NCBI GenBank assembly: GCA_951804945.1
Contig: OX638150.1
Location: 69,378,001 to 69,442,000, forward strand
Source: Podarcis cretensis
Lineage: Eukaryota
Length of the DNA stretch: 64,000 nt
Reading direction: 5' to 3'
Shown here: positions 1-12,230 of the stretch, piece by piece
How the letters are laid out: each line of letters opens with the position of its first letter
Position numbering within the stretch: the stretch's first letter is position 1
Translations under genes and position numbers: made by a program
The notes under the pieces: model-generated
What the model saw: only the letters and a program-made list of their open reading frames with translations
What the model was told of the DNA's origin: nothing
Databases searched by the model: none

Positions 1-3000
1 ATTTTTTTCTAAGTGAATATATCTCTGGTTGGTGGATCTTGAGTTTCTAGAACACAGCAAAATAGATCTTCCATTTTTCTAGGCGGAATAGTGGCTTCCT
101 AGGAAAATACAAGGACTCAGTGCTGAGTGCAGTCAGAGTTCAAAGCCGGTGTAGCTAGCCTGAAATTCACTGAAAACTAGAGGGCTGGCAGTAAGGCACC
201 CTAGAAACCTTATTGAGCTCTTCGAAAGGAACTGTACTCTGTGAACACTTTCACACTCCACTGCCCATGGCAAGAGAGTGCCAAAAGCCCTTTCCCCTGA
301 CTGGGGAAATCATAATCTTAAGCAGTCAAGGGTGTTTTTGAGAGAGAGAACCAAGTGTTGCAGGATGTGTCATGAATGAAGTGTGAGAGTGAGCTGCTTC
401 AAGCAAGGATTCTGGAAATGTTTTTTGGAAGAGAAGCCAGTGGCCCAGGACTCTTCTGTTCTGCATCTGCATGACCCCACTTTACATGGACAGAAATTTG
501 GTGTTTGGTACACTAAACAGCATCCAGAGAATCTCTGTTTATATTTTAAAAGCATGTTTCTAGTCCTTAACAGACGAGATTTGCAAGTGTGGGAGTTATT
601 TCAGAACCATCAGAAATCAAAGAAGGGCTTTGTATAATTCCCAGTCATCAGAATGCAAGGCCTTTCCATAGCTCCTTGGGATGGATAGAAACAAATAAAT
701 TATGCAAAGTAAGCAAATTGGTGCAGATTTGCTCAGCTTGCAAAACTGATATAGGATGCAAAAGTCAGCTTTACTTGACACAGAATTGGGGGCAATTTGG
801 CACTGAATGTTGAACCCTTCTAATATACACAACCTTACCTATGAACTATATGGTAGAGTGATGAACCTTTTCTCCGTTTTGGCTGCAGTGTGTTACTACT
901 TGGAAAACCTCCTGGGAAATTAAGAATAGCTACTGCTTTGCTTAGATGGCCTTGTGACATGGGCAATGTCCTTTCTTCCTGGGCTTGAGTGATGTCAGCT
1001 TGGGCACAAGAGAATAATAGGTTCCATTTGAGGGTTGAAGCTTTTCTCCACCCCCTCCATTCAGCTCCTCCAACCCATCCCAAAACAGGCTCCCAAGGCA
1101 GGGCTTCCTAGCATCTCCTTTTACCCAGCACATCAAAAGTGGCGTAAGAGGAGCTGTCTGTCCATTCATAAATGGAACATTCCCGCAGTGCTTAATTAGG
1201 CTCAGCAGCCGAGGCGAGCAGTGTGTTCCAGGCCTGATCTTTTGTTAACAAAGTCTGAGGGGACAGTAACTGTGGAGTGAATGATGGCCACATGCCTTCA
1301 GACAGCGGAATTGAGAGATGCTGCAACTGCTGTCTACATCAGGGACAGGCTTTGGAGGGGCTAGAGAGGCAATTTGCTTTGGGAACAGGTAAAGCGCCAG
1401 ATTTGTAATTTTGCCTTTCTTTTAATGTCTCTAACTCCTCCTCAATGGACACACACAGAGAAATAGTCCTTAGCAAGCATGGTAACTGCAAACTGACTTG
1501 GGAAGTGGGTAGGATTGGCTTCATAAATCTCTTCTGCCGATGATGCTATAAAAGGATGCATCACATGTTCAGGTCCCGTCCCCCTCCCCACACACATGCA
1601 CGCCAGTAGCTCCACAGCACTGGCAGAAGAAACAAAACACCACTCTGCTGTCTCGGCCACATCATAGTCCCATACTGAGCAATATTACCAGGGTCTTGCT
1701 TGCAGCAGAAAGGGCTTGATAAATGGTCTGTGTCAGAGTCGCTCAGCTCTGTGCGCTAACATTGTCACTGGAGTGGACACATTGGGCTCGTATGCTGATC
1801 TAACCCATCAGAGTAAAGCCCAACATGGTGTCAAGGCCTGTCTGCTCCCAGAAGCCTCACATGGCAAGATCCTCCCTCCCTGCTGGAGAAGTAGGAAGCT
1901 TGTTAGACCATTGCTTAAGTGAAATCCCAGGAAGCTTGTTTTTGGTGAGCTCTGGCCACACATACTAAAACCCCTTTTGTGTTCTCAGACCAGAGGTAAC
2001 AAGTTTGTTCACATTTTGCTGCATTTATAACTCTTTGGAGTTTCATTTCTGGCTTCTCCCTGGATGAACACTACCTGAGTTCTGGGCTCATGGGGAGAGG
2101 GAAGGAGTGAGGGACACATTCTGCTTGTTACAAGTTCCTTGCAGGTGAACTGGGACAGTCTTTTCATTCTCTACTACTACTCCCCCTTAGATGAGAGGAC
2201 AGGGCAGTGCACTCTCCTACTCTTTCTCAGATCAGTCGGAGAGTTGCTGCCTTGACTCCTCATGGCTGTTTTCTTTCTCTTGGTGGTGCTGCGCCCCATG
2301 CCAAATAGTGTCCTGTAGTCCATGAGCATTATGCAGGTGGGACATACCTTTTGGGGCAAATCATCGTGCTTGCTGTGCCTACCGTAGTGGTCTTTGGAAC
2401 ATAAAGAGAACAACAGCTAGATTTTCAGTGCAGACTTTTATCAGGAGAGATCTGTTGACAACACTGGATGATGGATGGTGGGTTTATAGTAGTAAGGGAC
2501 GAAACCCTCCCAGAATTCCACTTCTTAGGCACTCAGATGTGCCTCTGGAGTAACGGTATGTGTGCAGTATTTCAACCCTTGTTGCTAAAGATTATTTTCA
2601 GTTCTGGAGCACATGTTGGATGAGCACACTGCTGGATGAGGTCAGTGATCTATCCAGTCCAGCATCCTTTTCTCAGTGGCCAACCGGATGCACCAGCAGG
2701 ACCCAAGCGCATATCCTGCCCTCTTGCAGTTTTCATCCATTGGTATTCAGAAGTATCCTTCCTCTGACTGTAGGAGCAGAGTATAGCCATCATGGGTAGC
2801 AGCCTTATCCACCATGAATTTGTCTAATCCATGGGATCTGGAGAAGGGGATAGAGTGGTTGTAGTATCGTGGTTAAGAGCCTGAGCTGTGAACCAGGAAA
2901 TCTCACCTATGGCAAACCACTCTAGCCCTTTTCATGCATTACTTGCAGGTAGGGGCATTACCACGATTACTCTAGAGCGGATTTGTGCTTTTAGCCCTCC

Positions 3001-5028
3001 CTTGGTCAGTGTTGCCCATGGTTGTGAAAGTCTACCATGTGAGATCTTGCTCAAGTATGGGGCTCTGTTGATGTAAGGGTTGCTAAGGCAAATATATCTG
3101 AAATGCTTTGGACTCTCCCAAGCACAAGCTGGTTGGTGCAGAGGAACTTTGTGGTGCCACTATTGGAAAGGTCCACCCACACAGGGGCAGCTGTGACACA
3201 AATGGGTATATGAAGAGTGAGTTGTAGATGGTTCTATTCTGCCCTATGCTGATAGCAGAAGGTCCTATGTTGAAAAGGCTTGCCTTCTCCAGGGATCAAT
3301 GGGCTGCGCATCTTTTTTAAGGGGCAGAGGACATTGTTCTGGGCTGTAGTGACTACTGTGTCAGGTTAATGTGCTTCTGGTTTGTTAAATCTCATGAGTA
3401 CAGCTTGGTGGGATCCAGCTGGTGTAGAGTAATAAGCCAAAGCAGCCGCTGGGTCTGGAGCGCACACATTCATCACCCTTATCCATCCTCCCCCCCAACC
3501 CCTGGTCTCTTCCAAATGCTCAGCAGCTCTTTGAAAATTGGCTGCTGCACTGGCTGCAAGCGGGATGTTTCTGAGGATCTGTGGCATTGTGCCTCTTGTC
3601 AGAACTGTTGCTATGCGCTACCTTGATTCTGTCAGATCCCTCATTATTGTGACTGACAGCAAGCGATTGGCCTCTCCTGTCTTTCATTTGCCCCACTGCA
3701 GGGGGAGACATACACATGCCTACAAAAGCAGCGGCCTCTCACCTGAAGGTGGGGTTAGTTCCAGAGGGTCTCAGTCTCTTTCTGCCATGATAGCTGCAGT
3801 TCTTTTGCTTTGCTAGCCAAAGCCTCTACGCTTCTATCAGATTAAGAATGTGTGTGTGTGTGTGCGCGCACATGTGTGCGTAAATGTTTGCTTAAGTGTG
3901 TGTGCGCCTGGCAGGACCCTCCCGCAGTGTGTAGCTGCAGATAATATTTGTGCCTCTCTCACAATGCATCCATTTCCCTAAATGAGCTCACACTCTGGAT
4001 GGCAGTTCTCTCCCCCTGTCAGGGCTGTAATAATAACTAACTGGGCTGGGAAGAGGTGAGCTTTTTGATGCTTGTCTCCCTTGCTCAGATACATACATTA
4101 CCAGAGCCAGAAATAGCCATGTTAAGCAGCCCCTGAAGTGGCAGGATCTCTAGCAGTCTCTGGGGGTTCAATTCCTGAGCCATCAGGAGGGCATAGCAGA
4201 GGCCTGTTGAACCCAGATGTGCTTGGACAGTGTCTCTCCTGATTCTGAGAGTGAAATTGCATCTTAGATGACCATTACTACTACTACTACCACCCTATTA
4301 TTATTATTTTCACTCATGAATCATTTCCCATGAGACAACCTGAAGCAATTTGATATATCTGTTAAAGCAACTGCATATATAAATACAATTTAAAAAGATA
4401 TATATAACAACGTATACATAAAATCAATTCAAATCCGAAACAGATACCAATTGGGATAAAGATCTCCATTCAGAAGGCTGGTTGAAAGAGGAACGTCCTT
4501 AGCAGTTGAGAAGGTACCTGTCTGATTTATAATGGGAAGGACACACTAAAGGCTTGATTCTGACATCATGTGGGACAGAACTGAAAGGATGGGTCATAGC
4601 CTCAGCGTAGGGCCACAATGCCCGTGGCTTGTTCTTTTCCTCCTAGAATTGGTGTTTGTGTGTGTTGGAGCAGCTTTATTGGCACGATGACATTAGGCTG
4701 TCAAACTTGAGATGATCTGGTTCAGATCTGAGCTGGGTCTTAACTGTAGCATGAGAGTGGCAAACAAGTCGGTTCTTTCCATGCCCCTGAAATGCAGCCG
4801 CCTACTTTCCAAAGTATCTGAGAGGCTGGCGCAGACGCCTTGTCTTTCCCATTGTGCAATGGTGTGCAAAGGGGAGGGGGTGATGGATGATGCAAGTAGG
4901 ACGGCAGACGATGGTGCATGCCTGCTTGGATCCTGCCACCATCAATCCAGATTTTGTTCTGGAGCTAATCAGTGGGTCACCAAACTACTAGCCTAGGAAT
5001 AGGCACCAGGTCAATTGGTCTCTAAATA

Positions 5029-5255
5029 CAGTGGTACCTTGGTTTATGAACTTAATCCATTCCGGAAGTCTGTTCTTAAACCAAAGTGTTCTTAAACCAA
5101 GGAGTGCTTTCCCATAGCAGCGGGGGACTCAGTTTATAAATGGAACACACTCAACAAGGCAGAGTTCACAATCCAATACACCTACTTCCGGGTTTGCAGC
5201 GTTCTTCATCCAATTTGTTCATAAACTAAGCTGTTCTTAAACCAAGGTACCACTG
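5029..5255. mobile_element. Tc1/mariner(pogo)-type MITE
   Basis: TIR CAGTGGTACCTTGGTTTA...TAAACCAAGGTACCACTG, TA target duplication both sides, 227 bp, no ORF. Confidence 0.88.
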
Positions 5256-8096
5256 TATCTCTACCACCAGAGCACCTGCATATAAGAAAGAGTCCCCACC
5301 ACCACCACAAAGCTTTCTATCTGCACTATGCATTTAAAGTATCATACCACTTTAAATAGTCATGGCCTCCCCCCAAGAATGCTGGGAACTATGTTAAGGG
5401 TGCTGAGAGTTCTTAGGAGATGCCTTTCCCCCTCATAGGTAGAGCTCCCCATAAAGAGGGATTGTCTATTAAACCATATTTGCAGCTCTGTGAGGGGAAT
5501 CAGGGTACCAAGTACCAAGGCAAACAATGTACCAGGAGGGTGGGCAGCAGAGAGCACTCTTTGAGGATGCAGAGCTGCAGTGAGCGCTCTCTTCACTCAT
5601 GATTTAAAAACAACAACATGAAAATTAATGTTTCCTTGGACTTGAAGTCTGGTGGGGAGGCATATGATTAAGCGATCCACACCCCCCCCCCCCCCCCGGT
5701 TTTGTCCCAAACAGTGAGGGCCAGAAACCTCTTTTCTGCTGGAAGTGATGAGCACATTCAGGGGATGCCAAGAGCTGGCATCCTACAAATAACAAATGCC
5801 AGTCAGCATCTCCATGAAGTTGCCAGAAGAGGCAGCTGTGAGACTCAGACACCCACCCACTTCACTGGGCTCAGCACCCTGGAACCATCAGCAGCAAATG
5901 CATTTGGGCCATGCTGTTCCCCTTGCTCACCGCTACAAAACGCATAAATGAAATGGGCTGAATACAGAGCAAACAGCAGTGTTGACGCTGTACTCCTGGT
6001 GCTCATCAAAGTGCTATAAGTGGAATCATGTGCTTTCCTAGGGAAGGTTTGTTTGGGGGAAATGAGTTCTTTCAGAGCAGGGATAGTCAACAAGGTGCCC
6101 TTGAGATGTTATTGAACTCCAGTTCCTATCAGCCACTGCCAGCAGCAAATCATCAAAGGTGTTGTAGTCCAGAAACCAGTGGTGGTGGGACCGTATAGGC
6201 TGCCTCTGAATTAGGGAAACTGGTAGCCATTTGCAAGGTGTTTTTGTACTAAGGAACAAATACCTGAGTGCAAAATAGATGCATATCTGCATGCTCTGTT
6301 CATTGTTTTCATATTGCTTAGAATTATTGCTTAGAATTATTTGAAATATTAAGTGGTTTATAAATGCATTTAAGTTAAACTATGTTTTTTATGGCCATTC
6401 CAAGCATTTTTGGCACTTTCAAAGGACCCAACCTTTCTGTAGCTCATAATTCACAATCCTTTATGGTGCCTCAGATTATTGCCAAAGGTGTAGGGGCTTG
6501 TGCTGTATTGGATCTGTTGTGTTGGCTGCTTGCTGAAGGTAGGCCCTGCTATTGCGTCCCAGCTTGCATTGTAGGCCCCGTGGCTTGCTTTTGAGATGAT
6601 GCAGATTAAACTAAGTTGGCCAAAGCAGATGTCAAAATGGAAGATTGCTCAAAATGGCTGATTGTGGGAGCTCTGTGAGAGAGAAACTCCGATCAGAGGC
6701 AATGCTGAAGGGTGACGCAAGCAAGAGAGACATAAAAGAAGGACAGACACCTGCTTAAGCTGGGAATTTTGCCCAGTTAGTTGTGGTTAGATTGTGGTAA
6801 GATGTTCTGAACTTTGCTATTTGGAGAGATTGCAAAATATATTAGTGGTTTGGCTGTAAAACAAAGGCCCCCTACGAGGACGCTTTGAGATGGTGTGGAC
6901 TTTGACGGGAATAAAGGTGGCCCCTCTCTTGGCAGAAGGACCTCCTGAAGATAAGGTAGCATAATGATGGTTTGGCCTATGTAAGCGTTTCTGTGTTTTA
7001 TTCTCATCTTTTGGCTGTTGTTTCCCCCCCCTGCCTAAAAGAACCGTATATTTGTATAGCTGCTCCCAAACCACACTGTTCTCTGGTAACCAGAGCAACT
7101 TCAAGAGGTGATGAACTTGTACCAAGGAAGTAGAGATGGGGACATGTGCTTACCCAAAATTTGCATGTTAATTGAGACTTACTTCAGCAAGATTTGTAAG
7201 AACCAGTGTCATCAATTATGGAAGAAGGAGCTATCAAGTGCTCCAAGCCCTAATGAGGGATCTTTACACTCAAAAGGCTGTCTGAGAGGACCCTTAATGG
7301 GAAAGTTAGCCCCTCTCCACCCTTCCTGCCCCCTCCTCAACACCCTGCCTCTAATATCTACTTATACAAAAGAAGCAGCGCGTTAGCAGATGTGCTTACG
7401 TAAAATCTGCATATTAATTTGAGTTGTGGTTCTTGAGGTAATTAGTTTTAATATCCACCTGACCCTGTGCCAAGATTAGCTCACGAAGGAAGACTCCTTA
7501 TACTGAGTTGGGCAATTGGTCCCTCTAGCTCAGAATTGTCCCCACTGGCTGACAGCAGCTCTCTGGAGTCCCCCCAGCCCCACCTGGAGATTCTGGAGAG
7601 TGAACCTGGGCCCTTCTGCATGCAGAACACATATTCTACTACTGAGAAGCACAGTTTATGGAGCCACCGCCATAAGCTGTGCATGCACTGCCTTTAAAAA
7701 GAAATGGTTTTCATAATATTGTAGTATGAGTTTGTCAGTGATCTTCGACCTATATACAGTATTTGTCTAATCCTGTTCCTAACACAACTAAGCACGTCTG
7801 CTGCGCTTGGCATAGCAGCCCAAATCTAGCTAGGGTATGTTTCATCATCAGTAGATATATTTTGTTTGTTGGCTTGTTTTCTTCTCATCCTAGTATATAA
7901 GCGAACTGCTCTCTATTGTGCCTGCATCTGGAAAAATTCAAACATTTTGACCTTCTCTGAAATCTCATTTAATTGCTGGCTTCTGCGATAGGCAGGAAGC
8001 TCCAAACCCCCTGGTGGCTATGGCTAGTGGTGCAGCAATAAAACTGCTAGCACATTTGCAAAGCTAAGCAAATTGGATGGGGAATGGTATGTTGAG

Positions 8097-8160
8097 ATTC
8101 TTGCACTGCAGGAGGCTGGACTAGATGGCCCTTGGGGTCCCTTCCAACTCTACAATTCTA
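8097..8160 (+). mobile_element. CR1-like/SINE 3' tail fragment
   Basis: GGACTAGATGGCCCTTGGGGTCCCTTCCAACTCTACAATTCTA, same tail as the SINE at 47510. Confidence 0.6.
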
Positions 8161-8449
8161 AGATGAGCTTCTCTTGATATGCCCACATCACCCGGTTCTC
8201 TTTTACAGGTCTCTTACCAACCAATGTATTTGTAATAATAATAAAAACTGTTGTACCATAAGCGTTAATCAAAATTATGATGCAACAATAATATTTATTA
8301 TTTATAATTATTATGATTTGCATTTGTTTGCCACTTTGAAGCAACTTAAGAAAAAGAAGAAATACAAAACAGGTAAAATCAATGAAAAAGTAAGAAAAAA
8401 AATGATGTACAATACAAAATTCCTAAAATGCCAATCTGACAATACAGTA

Positions 8450-8754
8450 CAGTGGTGCCCCGCAAGACAAATGCCTCGCAAGACGAAAAACCAGCTAGAC
8501 GAAAGGGTTTTCCGTTTTGGAGGTGCTTCGCAAGACGAATTTCCCTATGGGCTTGCTTCGCAAGACGAAAATGTCTTGCGAGTTTTTCCGACTTTTTCCC
8601 CCTCCCCCCCCCCTTTTTCTAAGCCGCAAAGCTGCTTATCTGCTAAGCCGCTAAAAGCCGCTAATCCGCTAATGGGCTTGCTTCGCAAGACGAAAAAACC
8701 GCTAGATGAAGAGACTCGCGGAACGGATTCTTTTCGTCTTGCGAGGCACCACTG
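8450..8754. mobile_element. Tc1/mariner(pogo)-type MITE
   Basis: TIR CAGTGGTGCC(C/T)CGCAAGAC..., TA TSD, internal CGCAAGACGAA subrepeats, 305 bp. Confidence 0.88.
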
Positions 8755-9399
8755 TATGAAGGAAATGTCCCACCCCATGCATTCTACAATGGCATGCCTG
8801 ATTTTGCCACTGTGGGAAACAGAATGCTGGACTAGATGAAGCTTTGACACTGGGCCTCAAATGTTAGCTGCCCATAATTTTTTGGTTGGTTCAAGGAAGA
8901 ATAGGTATGAAATTAGGAATTCCTGGGTACCAAAATCCAGGTTTGGAGCAAGTAATCTTTGGTGAGAGAACCCAAGCAGAGATTTAAAATCACAAAACAT
9001 GCAGTAAAGTAGTATGTGGAAATATAGCCTGTTAGACCTTTAAAATATGCCCTTCTGAGTTTCTTCGAAAGTTTCCCTCTTCCCTCAGCACAGGAAAAGA
9101 CCACACATTTGGTAAATTAAAAATTGGTTTACTTACAAACTCTTCAAAGGTCTGGTTCATGTGCTTTTCCATATATCTGCACAGAAAGGTTGCACAGGTC
9201 AGTAAAAGTTTGGTTCCAGAATGGCAAAAGTTCCTAAATTATTGGTATAGGAATTTGAGTGGTTTGTGAGAACCATGTGGCTAAGCCAAAGCAACCAGCT
9301 TTAGCCTGCTTCTGGAGGAGAATAATGGCTTGATGACCTCACTCCCAAAGTGAGCTAAGCCTGGCAGGATAGCTTACTATAGAGTCTATAGTATTAACC

Positions 9400-9513
9400 C
9401 AGACATAGGCAAGCTTGGCAACTCCCATCATCCCTGACCACTTGTCCTGTTAGCTAGGGATGATGGGAGTTGTAGTCCCAAAACATCTGGAGAGCCGAGT
9501 TTGCCTATGCCTG
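9400..9513. mobile_element. hAT-type MITE (internally deleted)
   Basis: TIR CAG(A/G)CATAGGCAA...TTGCCTATGCCTG; perfect 8-bp TSD TATTAACC. Confidence 0.85.
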
Positions 9514-9846
9514 TATTAACCCCTTCATGTATCAATTAGACTTAGGTGTACTGGTTATTTGAGGCTGGTAAGCGCACAGTCTTTCTCACCACTGATCCTG
9601 ACCCTTGTGGCATAATTTCTGAGCACCTCCAGGCCCTAGAGCAGGGGTGTTTCCCATAGACATCTGGTTAGCCACTGAGCGAACGGGATGCAGGACTAGA
9701 TGGAACTTTGCCTTGATCCAACAAAGCTTTGGCCCTTTGCCCGATGTTATGCAACTTTTATGGCCTACTTTCAAAATCCCTTTGCAAACCACCAGTTTCA
9801 ATCTTCTGCAAGAGCATTCTCTTCCTTCCTTGGCAGCCCACTAAGC

Positions 9847-9994
9847 AGCCATGGGGGGAAAACCTCTGGCCCCCAGATGTTGCTGAGCTACAACTCCCAT
9901 CACTCCTAGCCACTGGCCATGCTTGCTCAGTCCGATGGGAGTTTTGGTTCCATAAAATCCAGAAGGTCAGAAAGGTTCTCCCCACACACACCTG
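9847..9994. mobile_element. Degenerate hAT-type MITE
   Basis: Shares the CTACAACTCCCATCA...GATGGGAGTT palindromic core with the other hAT MITEs; termini eroded. Confidence 0.55.
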
Positions 9995-10182
9995 CTCCAG
10001 AGGAAGAGGAAAAGTGAGGGGGAGAGAAAGAAGGGAAGGAGGTGTCAGGAAGAGAAAGGGCAGGGAGAGAGAGGGAAGGGGTGGCTGGCTTTGGACCTGA
10101 GCAGTCGGTATGTAGCTACCAACGGGGTACCCCCAAGGGAATGGGGCCACTGACAGAAAAAAGAGAAAAGGTTGGTCTAGTG

Positions 10183-10320
10183 CAGCCTTTCTCAACCGGT
10201 GGGTCCCCAGATGTTGTTGAACTACAACTCCCATCACCCCTAGCTAGCATGGCCAGAGCTCAGGGATAATGGGAGTTGTAGTCCAACAACATCTGGGGAC
10301 CCACAGGTTGAGAACTGCTC
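10183..10320. mobile_element. hAT-type palindromic MITE
   Basis: CAGCCTTTCTCAACC...GGTTGAGAA; perfect 8-bp TSD GTCTAGTG (10175-10182, 10321-10328). Confidence 0.85.
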
Positions 10321-11749
10321 GTCTAGTGCAATTGCAAGGGCAAGGTCTCATTCTCCCTACCCCACAAATCCAAGCTGGGTAAGAGCATCAGGGTGCACTG
10401 AGCAGTAAAATGCCTTTCTGGGTGGCTCACTGTGTCAGATGAGGGAGACTTCCCCATTCTCCTCCTGAGCCCGGAGGAGGGCAGCAGAGTTTATTGAAGC
10501 CCATGCTGGCTTTGGGAAGGCCCAGAAAGGGCTGAGACCCCTCGCTTCTTTCCTGTCTATTCTCAAACCAGCACTAGGTACATGAGGCTCTTTATCTTTC
10601 TCCAGGCTTGAGAGAAGGGGCAAGGAAAAATGTGCTCACCAGCAGTGGCAGGTGAGTGAGCTCATTTGTGGGGTGCTTGACTTTTTATCTAAGAGGACCC
10701 TATTCAGGTTCTTACATTGGTATGGACCAGAGTGCGATGGGTAAGAATCCTGCCTCCTCTGCAGCCTAGTAAGTTGAAGCGAAATGATACATTTCCCAGG
10801 TGATTGTGTGTCTTGGGTTTTTCCTTTTCTTTTAGAAATAGCTGTGAGGGCTTGATCCAGATCACTAAAATAGTACCTCAGGAGAAGGGATTTACCCCTG
10901 AAGGTGACATTTCCTTCAATAGCACCTTTGAGTCAAATTATAGTTTCAGGGGGATTATTTGGGGGGGGGGCTGCATTTACTGCAGCTCCAATCCATTCCA
11001 CCCCCCTCCTGCCCATGGCTATTTCTGAAAGAAAAACAAGCCTGGAATAAATGATCACATGCCAAGCCTATTGTCTAGTCCAGGACTTAAATTTCCCTGT
11101 GGGTTGAAAAGATTTTAATCTTTCTCTCTTTTGTACAGATTTGCTCACTGATAATTTCTGAATTATAACACACCTGTCTTCCATATCAATATATCTGTGC
11201 GCTTGCTATCTTTGGAGATAATTAGTTGGATTCAGACTCAGGTAGGTAGCCAAATTGAGGCCCAGTTTAAATCTGTTTGGAAAGTTAATAATGACTCATT
11301 ATGCCCAATGGACTTCAGTGAGCTCTAACTAACTTAGTCTCGATCCAACCCAATATCTCTTCCTGATTGTGATACCCATTCCAGAGCTGGTCTTCTACCA
11401 GAACATGGCTGTAGAAACAACAGCAAATGAGAGAACATCTATACCTTACTATTGTTTTTGTTAAGGAAGATGTCCTCTGGAACCACCAGTTTTATCACCA
11501 AGGCCTTCATGACCAGTTGTGATAGCGAGGTTGTCGGACAGCATTTCTCCACACAACTGATTCTAGTTGTGCACAGCCCCTCTTCTCCCTTCATTCACCA
11601 GACAAGGATGTACAAGTTGCAAATGCTGGAGCATCCTGGGAGGTCATGGAAGCCAATGTCTGGCAGGTGGCAATAAATAACCATCTGGAAGAGTGGAGTC
11701 ATATATGTGAGTTACACAGTCAATATCCTAGGAGAGTAATAGTCTACAC

Positions 11750-11885
11750 CAGGCATGGCCAAACTTGGCCCTCAAGCTGTTTTGGGACTACAACTCCCAT
11801 CATCCCTAGCTAACAGGACCAGTGGTCAAGGATGATGGGAATTATAGTCCCAAAACAGCTGGAGGGCCAAGTTTGGCCATGCCTG
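11750..11885. mobile_element. hAT-type palindromic MITE
   Basis: TIR CAGGCATGGCCAAACTTGGCCCTC; perfect 8-bp TSD GTCTACAC; near-perfect hairpin. Confidence 0.9.
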
Positions 11886-12074
11886 GTCTACACAGACTCC
11901 TTGTATAAGAAGGGTTAACTTTTAGAATTCCCAGCTTGCTGGGCTGATGGGAGTTGTAGTCCAAACTAGCGCAATTCAGATAATCAGTCCTGTGTCTGCC
12001 TCCCCCCCTCCCTCACCCTGGAACATAGGTCTCTCTCAGAACTACAAAAGCAAAAATGAAATGTTTGAGAATCG

Positions 12075-12230
12075 GTGTGTCGTGGTGTAAAGTGGTAGAG
12101 TAGGACTTGAGAGACCAGGGTTCAAATCCCCACACAATCATGAAGCTCGGTTAGGTGCTTCATGGGTCATTGACTGAACCTCAGCCTATCCAATCATGCA
12201 GGATTGGATTTGAGGATAAAATGGGGAGTG
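12075..12230 (+). mobile_element. Old tRNA-derived SINE (MIR/Squam-like); related minus-strand copies at about 16160-16290, 18760-18890, 27060-27230 and 31640-31790
   Basis: A/B-box-like GTGGTGTAAAGTGG...GGTTCAAATCCC and a GAGGATAAAATGGG core shared among copies. Confidence 0.55.

Noticed and set aside
5870-5890. TCAGCACC REST/NRSE left half-site (also ~21457)
   Set aside because: The right half GGACAG is missing at the correct spacing.
8174-8839. 221-aa + strand ORF
   Set aside because: Non-ATG start; runs through AT-rich low-complexity DNA and a MITE; no transposase or other domain.
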